Source: the human T2T-CHM13v2.0 reference genome, Homo sapiens
Length of the DNA: 64,000 nucleotides
Reading direction: 5' to 3' (one strand)
NCBI RefSeq assembly: GCF_009914755.1
Contig: NC_060944.1
A model generated the notes under the pieces. It made no database searches. It was not told where the DNA came from and saw nothing but the letters and a program-made list of their open reading frames with translations. Below, piece by piece: positions 54,701 through 64,000 of this stretch; position 1 is the first letter of the stretch, and each line of letters starts with the position of its first letter. Made by a program: the position numbers and the translations under genes.

Positions 54701-57700
54701 ATGGAATGGAATCAACCCGTGTGGAATGTAATGCAAAGGAATGGAATGGAATGGAATGGAATGGAATCATCAAAAGTGGAATGGAAGGGAATGGAATAGA
54801 ATGGAATTGAATGGAATGGAATGGAAAGCAATGGAGTCAACCCGAATGGAATCGAATGTAATGAAATGCAATGGAATGGAATGGAATGCAATGGAATGGA
54901 ATGGAATTGAATGGAATGGGATAGGATGGAATGGAATGGAATCAACCAGAGTGGAATAGAATTGAATGGAATGGAATGGAATGGAATCAACCCGAGTGGA
55001 ATGGAATTGAATGCAATGGAATGGAATGGAATGGAATGGAATGGAATGGAATGGAATGGAATCAACCAGAGTGGAATGGAATTGAATGGAATGGAATGGA
55101 ATGGAATCAACCCGAGTGGAATGGAATTAAATGGAATGGAATGGAATGGAATCAACCCGAGTGGAATGGAATGGAATGGAATAGAATGGAATGGAATGGA
55201 AGGGAATGCAATGGAATTAACCCGAGTCAAATGGAATGGAAAGGAACGGAATGGAATTTAATGGAATGGAATGGAATGGAATCAACCTGAGTGGACTAGA
55301 ATGAAATGGAGTGGAATGGAAAGCAATGGATTTGAATGGAATCAGCCAGAGTTGAATGAAATTGAACGGAATGGAATGGAATGGAATCAACCCAAATGGA
55401 ATGTAATGGAATGGAATTGAATGGAATTACCCCGAGTGAAATGGCATGGAAAGGAACGGAATAGAAATTAATGGAATGAAATGGAATGGAATGGAATCAA
55501 CATGAGTGGAATGGAATGGAATGAAATGGAATGCAATGCAATGGAATGGAACCAATAAAAGTGGAATCGAATGGAATGAAAGGGAATGGAATCAACCCAC
55601 GTGGAATGGAATGGAATGGAATGGACTGGAATGGAATGGAATGGAATGGAATGGAATGGAATGGAATGGAATATACCAGAGTGGAATGGAATACAATGGA
55701 ATGGAAGGGAGTGGAATCAACCACAGTGGAATGGAATGAAATGGAATGGAATGGAAAAGAGTGGAATGGAATGGTATGGAATGGAATGGAATGGATTGGA
55801 AACAAACCGAGTGTAATGGAATGGAATGGAAAGGAATGGAATGGAATGAAATCAACCCGAGTGAAATGGAATGGAATGGAATGGGATGGAATAGAATGCA
55901 ATGGACTGGATTGGAATCAATCTGAGTGGAATGGAAAGGAATGCAAAGGAATGGGATTGAAGGGAATGGAATGGAATGGAATGGAATAAACCCGAGTAGA
56001 ATGCAATGGAAGGGAATGGAATCGAAAGTAATGGAATGGCATTGAATGGAATCAACACGAGTGGAATGGAATGGAATGGAATGGATTGGAGTGGCACGGA
56101 ATCAACCCCAGTGGAATGTAATGTAAAGGAATGGAATGGAATGGAGTAGAATGAACCCGAGTCGAATGGAATGGTATGGAATGAAACGGAATGGAATGGA
56201 ATGGTATGGAATGGAATGGAATGGTATTGAATGGAATGGAATGGAATGGAATAGAATCCAATCCAGTGTAAAGGAATGGAACGGAATGGAATAGAATGGA
56301 ATGGAATGGAATGGAATGGAATGGAAAGGAATGGACTCTAATGGAATAAATTGCAGTGGAATGGTATGGAATGCAAAGTAATATAATGAAAATGAGTGGA
56401 ATCCACCAAAATGGAAAGGAAAGGAATGGAATGGAATGGAATGAATGGAATGGATTGGAAAGGAATCAACCCGAGTGGAATGGAAAGGAATGGAATGGAA
56501 TGGAATGGAATGGAATGGAATGGAATGGAAAGGAATGGAATGGAATGGATTGGAATGGAATCACCCCGTGGGGAATGGAAAGAATGGAATGCAATGGAAA
56601 GCAATGGCATGGAATGGAATGGAAAGGAATCGAATGGAATGGAATGGAATGGAATGGAATCAACCCGGGTGGAATGGAATGGAATGAAATGGAATGGAAT
56701 GGAATGGAATGGAATGGAATGGAATGGAATGGAATGGATTGGAATCAACCTGCGTGGAATGTAGTGCATTCGAATTGAATGGAATCAACAAGATAGGAAT
56801 GGAATGAAATGGAATGGAATTCAATGGAATGGAATGGAATGGAATGCAATGGAATCAACCCAAATGGAATGTAATGAAATGGAATTGAATGGAATTACCC
56901 CGAGTGAACAGGCATCTAAAGGAACGGAATAGAATTTAATGGAATGGAATGGCATGCAATGGAATCAACACGAGTGCAATGGAATGCCATGAAATGGAAT
57001 GCAATGCAATGGAATGGAACCAATAAGAGTGGAATGGATTGGAATGGAGTGGAATGGAATGAAAGGGAATGGAATCAACCCGAGTGGAATGGAATGGAAT
57101 GGAATGGAATGGAATGGAATGGAAAGGAATGGAATGGAATGGAATGGAATGCAATGGAATGGAATACACCATAGTGGAATGGAATAGAATGGAATGGAAT
57201 GGAGTGGAATCAACCCCATTGGAATGGAATGCAATGGAATGGAATGGAATGGAAAGGAATGGAATGGAATGGGATGGAATGGGTTGGAATCAAACCGAGT
57301 GGAATGGAATGGAATGCAATGGAATGGAAAGGAATGGAATGGAATGAAATAAACCCGAATGGAATGGAATGAAATGGAATGGAATGGAATGGAATGGAAT
57401 GGAATGGAATGGAATGGAATGGAATAGAATGGAATAGAGTGGATTGGAATCAATCTGAGTGGAATGGAAAGGAATGGAAAGGAATGGAATTGAAGAGAAT
57501 TGAATGGAATGGAACGGAATGGAATGGAATGGAATGGAATGGAATGCAATGCAATGGAATCAACCAGAGTGGAATTGAGTGTAATGGATCGAAATGGAAT
57601 GGAATGGAATGGAATAAACCTGAGTAGAATGCAATGGTAGGGAATGGAATCGAATGGAATGGAATGGCATTGAATGGAATCAACACGAGTGGAATGGAAT

Positions 57701-58206
57701 GGAATGGATTGGATTGGAAAGTTATGGAATCAACCCGAATGGAATGTAATGGAAAGGAATGGAATGGAATGCAGTGTAATTAACCCGAGTGGAATGGAAT
57801 GGTATGGAGTGAAATGGAACGGAATGGAATGGTATGGAATGGAATGGAATGAAAAGGAAAGGAAAGCAATGGAATCAAAACGAGTGGAATGGAATGGAAT
57901 GTAAAGAAATGAAGTGGAATTCAATAGAATCAACACGAGTGGAATGAAATGGAAAGGAATTTAACGGAATGGAATGGAATGGAATGGAATTCAATCCAAT
58001 GAAAAGGAATGGAATGGAACGGAATAGAATGGAATGGAATGGAATGGAATGGAAAAAATTCGAGTGGAATGGAATGGAATGCAAAGTAATATAATGAAAA
58101 TGAATGGAATCCACCCGAATGGAAAGGAAAGGAATGGAATGGAATGGAATGGAATGGAATGGTATGGAGAGGAATGGAATTTAATGGAATGGAGAGGAAT
58201 GGAATG
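51760..58206 (+). repeat. HOR copy 5 (6447 bp, carries a 90 bp deletion shared with copy 6)
   Basis: 51780 to 58227; TTAATTAA 52224 to 58671 also gives 6447. Confidence 0.9.
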
Positions 58207-61200
58207 GAATTGAATGGAATGGAATGCAAAGGAACGGAAAGGAATGGAATGGAACGGAATTGAATGGAGTCAACGCAAGTGTAATTGAATGGAATGGAAT
58301 GGAATGGAATGGAATGGAATGGAATTGATTTGAATGGAATGGAATCAACTGGAATGGAATGCAATGGAATGGAATGGAATGGAATGGAATCAAATAGAAT
58401 AGAAACGAATGGAATGGAATGGAATGCAGTGGAATGGAATGGAATGGAATCAACCCGTGTGGAATGTAAGGCAAAGGAATGGAATGGAATGGAATGGAAT
58501 CAACAAAATTGGAAGGGAAGGGAATGGAATAGAATGGAATGGAATGGAATGGAATCTACAAAAGTGGAATGGAATGGAATGGAATACAATGGAATGGAAT
58601 GGAATGGAATGGAATGGAATAAACCGGAGTGGAATGGAATGGAATGGAATGCAATGGATTCGATTGGAACTTAATTAACCCGATTGGAATGGAGTGGAAT
58701 GGAATGGAATGGAAAGAAGCCGATTGGAATGCAGTGGACTGAAAAGGAATGGAATTGAAAGGGATGGAATGGAATGGAATGGAATGCAATGGAATGGAAT
58801 GGAATGGAATGGAATCAACCCGAGTGGAATGGAATAGAATGGAATGGAATGCAATCAACCCAAGTGGAATGGAAAGGAGTGGAATGGAATCGAATGGAAT
58901 GGATTGGAATGGAATGGAATCGAATGCAATCGAATGGAATAGCATGGAAAGTAATGGAATGCAATGGAAAGGAATCAAGCCAGGTGGAATCGAAAGGAAT
59001 GGAATGGAATTGAATGCAATGGAATTGAATGGAATCAAGCCGAGTGGAATGTAATGGCATGGAATGGAGTGGAATGGAATGGAAAGGAATGGAATGGATT
59101 CAACGCGATTGGAAAGGAATGGAATGGAATGGAATGGAATCAACCCGAGTGGAATGCAGTGCAACGGAATGGAATGAAATGGAATGGAATGGAATGGAAT
59201 GGAATGGAATGGAATGGAATGGAATGGAATCAACGTGATTGTAAAAGAATGAAATGAAATGGAATGGAATGGAATGCAATTGAATCAACTCGATTGGAAA
59301 GGAATGGTTGGAATGGAAATGAAAGGAATGGAATGGAATGAAATCAACCCGAATGGAATGGAATGGAATGGAATGGAATGGAATGGAATTTAATGGAATG
59401 GAATGGAATGGAATGGAATGGAATGGAATGGAATGGAATGGAATGGAATCACCCAGAGTATAATTGAATGGAATGGAATGGAATGGAATGGAATGGAATG
59501 GAATGGAAGGGAATGGAATGGAATGGATTCAAACCAAATGGAATGGAATGGAATGGATTGGAATGCAATGGAATTGAATGGAATAAACTGAAGTGGAATG
59601 GTATAGAATGGAATGGAATGGATTGGAATGCAATGGAATGGGAAGGAATGGAATCAACTAGAATGGAAAGGAATGGAATGGAATGGAATGCAGTGGAATG
59701 GAATGGAATGGAATCAACCCCTGTGGAATGTAATGCAAAGGAATGGAAAGGAATGGAATGGAATAAACAAAAGTGGAATGGAAGGGAATGGAATAGAATG
59801 GAATGGAATGGAATGGAAAGCAATGGAGTCAACCCGAATGGAATCGAATGGAATGGAATGCAAAGGAATGGAATGGAATGGAATGGAATGGACTGGAATG
59901 GGATGGAATGGAATGAAACCGAGTGGAGTGGAATGGAATTGAATGAAATGGAATGGAATAAACTGCAAATGAAAGGAATGGAATGGAATGTAATGGAAAC
60001 AACCAGAGTGGAATGGAATTGAATGGAATGGAATGGAATGGAATCAACCCGAGTGGAATGGAATTGAATCGAATGGAATGGAATGGAATCAACCAGAGTG
60101 GAATGGAATTGAATGGAATGGAATGGAATTAACCCGAGTGAAATGGAATGGAAAGGAATGGAATGGAATTTAATGGAATGGAATTGAATGGAATCAACCT
60201 GAGTGGACTGAAATGAAATGGAGTGGAATGGAAAGCAATGGAATTGAATGGAATCACCCAGAGTTGAATGGAATTGAATGGAATGGAATCAACCCAAATG
60301 GAATGTAATGAAATGGAATTGAATGGAATTACCCCGAGTGAAATGGCATGGAAAGGAACGGAATAGAATTTAATGGAATGGAATGGCATGCAATGGAATC
60401 AACCCGATTGGAATGGAATGGCATGAAGTGGAATGCAATGCAATGGAATGGAACCAATAAGAGTGAAATGGATTGGAATGGAATGGAATGGAATGAAAGG
60501 GAATGGAAACAACGCGAGTGGAATGGAATGGAATGGAATGCAACGGAATGGAATGGAATGCAATGGAATGGAATGGAATACACCAGAGTGGAATGGAATA
60601 GAATGGAATGGAATGGAGTGGAATCAACCCCAGTGGAATGGAACGGAACGGAATGGAATGGAATGAAATCAACCCGAGTGGAATGGAATGGAATGGAATG
60701 GAATGGGATGGAATAGAATGAAATGACGTGGATTGGAATCAATCTGAGTGGAATGGAAAGGAATAGAAAGGAATGGAATTGAAGAGAATGGAATGGAATG
60801 GAATGGAATGGAACGGAATTTAAAGGAATCAACCAGAATGGAATTGACTGTAACAGACGGGAATGGAATGGAATGGAATGGAATGGAATGGAATGGAATG
60901 GAATGGAATGGAGAGGAATGGATTGGAGTGGAATGGAATGGAATGGAATGGAATGGAATGGAATGGTATCAATACAAGTGCAATTGAATGGAATGGAATG
61001 GAATGGAATGGAATGGAATGGAGAGGAATGGAATGGAATTGATTTGAATGCAATGGAATCACCTGAAATCGAATGGAATGGAATGGAATCAACTAGAATG
61101 GAAAGGAATGGAATGGAATGGAATGCAGTTGAATGGAATGGAATGGAATCAACCCGTGTGGAATGTAATGCAAAGGAATGGAATGGAATGGAATGGAATG

Positions 61201-64000
61201 GAATCATCAAAAGTGGAATGGAAGGGAATGGAATAGAATGGAATTGAATGGAATGGAATGGAAAGCAATGGAGTCAACCCGAATGGAATCGAATGTAATG
61301 AAATGCAATGGAATGGAATGGAATGCAATGGAATGGAATGGAATTGAATGGAATGGGATAGGATGGAATGGAATGGAATCAACCAGAGTGGAATAGAATT
61401 GAATGGAATGGAATGGAATGGAATCAACCCGAGTGGAATGGAATTGAATGCAATGGAATGGAATGGAATGGAATGGAATGGAATGGAATGGAATGGAATG
61501 GAATCAACCAGAGTGGAATGGAATTGAATGGAATGGAATGGAATGGAATCAACCCGAGTGGAATGGAATTAAATGGAATGGAATGGAATGGAATCAACCC
61601 GAGTGGAATGGAATGGAATGGAATAGAATGGAATGGAATGGAAGGGAATGCAATGGAATTAACCCGAGTCAAATGGAATGGAAAGGAACGGAATGGAATT
61701 TAATGGAATGGAATGGAATGGAATCAACCTGAGTGGACTGGAATGAAATGGAGTGGAATGGAAAGCAATGGATTTGAATGGAATCAGCCAGAGTTGAATG
61801 AAATTGAACGGAATGGAATGGAATGGAATCAACCCAAATGGAATGTAATGGAATGGAATTGAATGGAATTACCCCGAGTGAAATGGCATGGAAAGGAACG
61901 GAATAGAAATTAATGGAATGAAATGGAATGGAATGGAATCAACATGAGTGGAATGGAATGGAATGAAATGGAATGCAATGCAATGGAATGGAACCAATAA
62001 AATTGGAATCGAATGGAATGAAAGGGAATGGAATCAACCCACGTGGAATGGAATGGAATGGAATGGAATGGAATGGAATGGAATGGAATGGAATGGAATG
62101 GAATGGAATATACCAGAGTGGAATGGAATACAATGGAATGGAAGGGAGTGGAATCAACCACAGTGGAATGGAATGAAATGGAATGGAATGGAAAAGAGTG
62201 GAATGGAATGGTATGGAATGGAATGGAATGGATTGGAAACAAACCGAGTGTAATGGAATGGAATGGAAAGGAATGGAATGGAATGAAATCAACCCGAGTG
62301 AAATGGAATGGAATGGAATGGGATGGAATAGAATGCAATGGACTGGATTGGAATCAATCTGAGTGGAATGGAAAGGAATGCAAAGGAATGGGATTGAAGG
62401 GAATGGAATGGAATGGAATGGAATAAACCCGAGTAGAATGCAATGGAAGGGAATGGAATCGAAAGTAATGGAATGGCATTGAATGGAATCAACACGAGTG
62501 GAATGGAATGGAATGGAATGGATTGGAGTGGCACGGAATCAACCCCAGTGGAATGTAATGTAAAGGAATGGAATGGAATGGAGTAGAATGAACCCGAGTC
62601 GAATGGAATGGTATGGAATGAAACGGAATGGAATGGAATGGTATGGAATGGAATGGAATGGTATTGAATGGAATGGAATGGAATGGAATAGAATCCAATC
62701 CAGTGTAAAGGAATGGAACGGAATGGAATAGAATGGAATGGAATGGAATGGAATGGAATGGAATGGAATGGAATGGAATGGAAAGGAATGGACTCTAATG
62801 GAATAAATTGCAGTGGAATGGTATGGAATGCAAAGTAATATAATGAAAATGAGTGGAATCCACCAAAATGGAAAGGAAAGGAATGGAATGGAATGGAATG
62901 AATGGAATGGATTGGAAAGGAATCAACCCGAGTGGAATGGAAAGGAATGGAATGGAATGGAATGGAATGGAATGGAATGGAATGGAATGGAATGGAAAGG
63001 AATGGAATGGAATGGATTGGAATGGAATCACCCCGTGGGGAATGGAAAGAATGGAATGCAATGGAAAGCAATGGCATGGAATGGAATGGAAAGGAATCGA
63101 ATGGAATGGAATGGAATGGAATGGAATCAACCCGGGTGGAATGGAATGGAATGGAATGGAATGGAATGGAATGGAATGGAATGGATTGGAATCAACCTGC
63201 GTGGAATGTAGTGCATTCGAATTGAATGGAATCAACAAGATAGGAATGGAATGAAATGGAATGGAATTCAATGGAATGGAATGGAATGGAATGCAATGGA
63301 ATCAACCCAAATGGAATGTAATGAAATGGAATTGAATGGAATTACCCCGAGTGAACAGGCATGGAAAGGAACGGAATAGAATTTAATGGAATGGAATGGC
63401 ATGCAATGGAATCAACACGAGTGCAATGGAATGCCATGAAATGGAATGCAATGCAATGGAATGGAACCAATAAGAGTGGAATGGATTGGAATGGAGTGGA
63501 ATGGAATGAAAGGGAATGGAATCAACCCGAGTGGAATGGAATGGAATGGAATGGAATGGAATGGAATGGAATGGAAAGGAATGGAATGGAATGGAATGGA
63601 ATGCAATGGAATGGAATACACCATAGTGGAATGGAATAGAATGGAATGGAATGGAGTGGAATCAACCCCATTGGAATGGAATGCAATGGAATGGAATGGA
63701 ATGGAAAGGAATGGAATGGAATGGGATGGAATGGGTTGGAATCAAACCGAGTGGAATGGAATGGAATGCAATGGAATGGAAAGGAATGGAATGGAATGAA
63801 ATAAACCCGAATGGAATGGAATGAAATGGAATGGAATGGAATGGAATGGAATGGAATGGAATGGAATAGAATGGAATAGAGTGGATTGGAATCAATCTGA
63901 GTGGAATGGAAAGGAATGGAAAGGAATGGAATTGAAGAGAATTGAATGGAATGGAACGGAATGGAATGGAATGGAATGGAATGGAATGCAATGCAATGGA
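58207..64000 (+). repeat. HOR copy 6 (~5.8 kb visible, truncated by the window end)
   Basis: Collinear with copy 5 at an offset of ~6440 (TTACCCCGAG 53887/60329; TGACGTGG 54282/60724). Confidence 0.9.

Larger units (their letters stand above)
1..64000 (+). repeat. Satellite III (HSat3)-type (GGAAT)n/(CATTC)n pericentromeric satellite array
   Basis: Continuous GGAAT pentamers with single-base variants (GCAAT, TGAAT, AGAAT, GGAAA, GGAGT), interspersed with CAACCCGAGT-type decamers. This combination is the established signature of human satellite III. No non-satellite insert or strand switch seen. Confidence 0.98.
29660..64000 (+). repeat. Homogeneous ~6.45 kb higher-order repeat array of HSat3 (6 copies, runs off the window)
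   Basis: Once-per-unit markers: CTTAATTAACCCGATTGG (TTAATTAA at 30154, 36590, 42573, 45702, 52224, 58671) and CAAAGGAACGGAAAGG (29680, 36131, 42109, 45238, 51780, 58227). Near-identical artefact ORFs recur at the same spacing, e.g. 35563, 41541, 51222, 57674. Confidence 0.96.

Noticed and set aside
1-64000. Hundreds of overlapping ORFs on both strands (MEWNG and FHSIP repeats)
   Set aside because: They are an arithmetic consequence of a stop-free pentamer. They overlap in all frames, have no domain-like content, and their ends shift between near-identical HOR copies.
1-64000. CAACCCGAGT decamers separated by variable sequence, superficially CRISPR-like
   Set aside because: The 10 bp repeat is degenerate and irregularly spaced, the 'spacers' are themselves GGAAT repeats, and there are no cas genes. 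This is a known HSat3 feature.
1-64000. Canonical heat-shock elements (inverted nGAAn arrays) and DUX4 sites
   Set aside because: GAA units are head-to-tail. At the TTC-containing words I inspected, the spacing did not fit GAAnnTTC or TTCnnGAA, and CAATTGAATCA is only a partial DUX4-like match. This was not an exhaustive scan.
1-64000. Inversions, transposon insertions, alpha-satellite/CENP-B boxes, telomeric repeats, G-quadruplex arrays
   Set aside because: I saw no CATTC-strand segment, no non-satellite insert, poly-A tail or target-site duplication, no 171 bp monomer and no TTAGGG. G-runs of three or more are sparse.
29660-64000. Assignment to DYZ1 (3.6 kb), D15Z1 (1.8 kb) or a named HSat3 subfamily or chromosome
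   Set aside because: The observed period is ~6.45 kb, and assignment needs alignment to reference arrays, which I cannot run.

Overview
The whole 64 kb window is non-coding human/great-ape-type Satellite III (HSat3): a degenerate (GGAAT)n pentamer array punctuated by CAACCCGAGT-family decamers, in one orientation throughout (purine-rich + strand). I find no gene, RNA gene, transposon or CRISPR array, and no new protein-coding system. All listed ORFs are repeat artefacts (MEWNG on +, FHSIP on -). The information is in the higher-order architecture, which I mapped by eye with rare marker words. (1) About 1-29.65 kb is an older, diverged mosaic containing a ~4.9 kb relative of the downstream unit, nested ~3.4, ~1.45 and ~2.1 kb duplications and a paralogous block ~21 kb away. 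(2) From ~29.66 kb to the end is a homogeneous ~6.45 kb higher-order repeat (HOR) in six copies. One copy has a ~650 bp deletion, one has a ~3.4 kb deletion, and the last is cut by the window edge. The deletions and the young duplications keep the 5-bp register, and shared variants order the HOR copies left to right. Marker coordinates were counted by hand, and block boundaries are approximate because they fall in pure pentamer runs. Chromosome and subfamily cannot be assigned without alignment.
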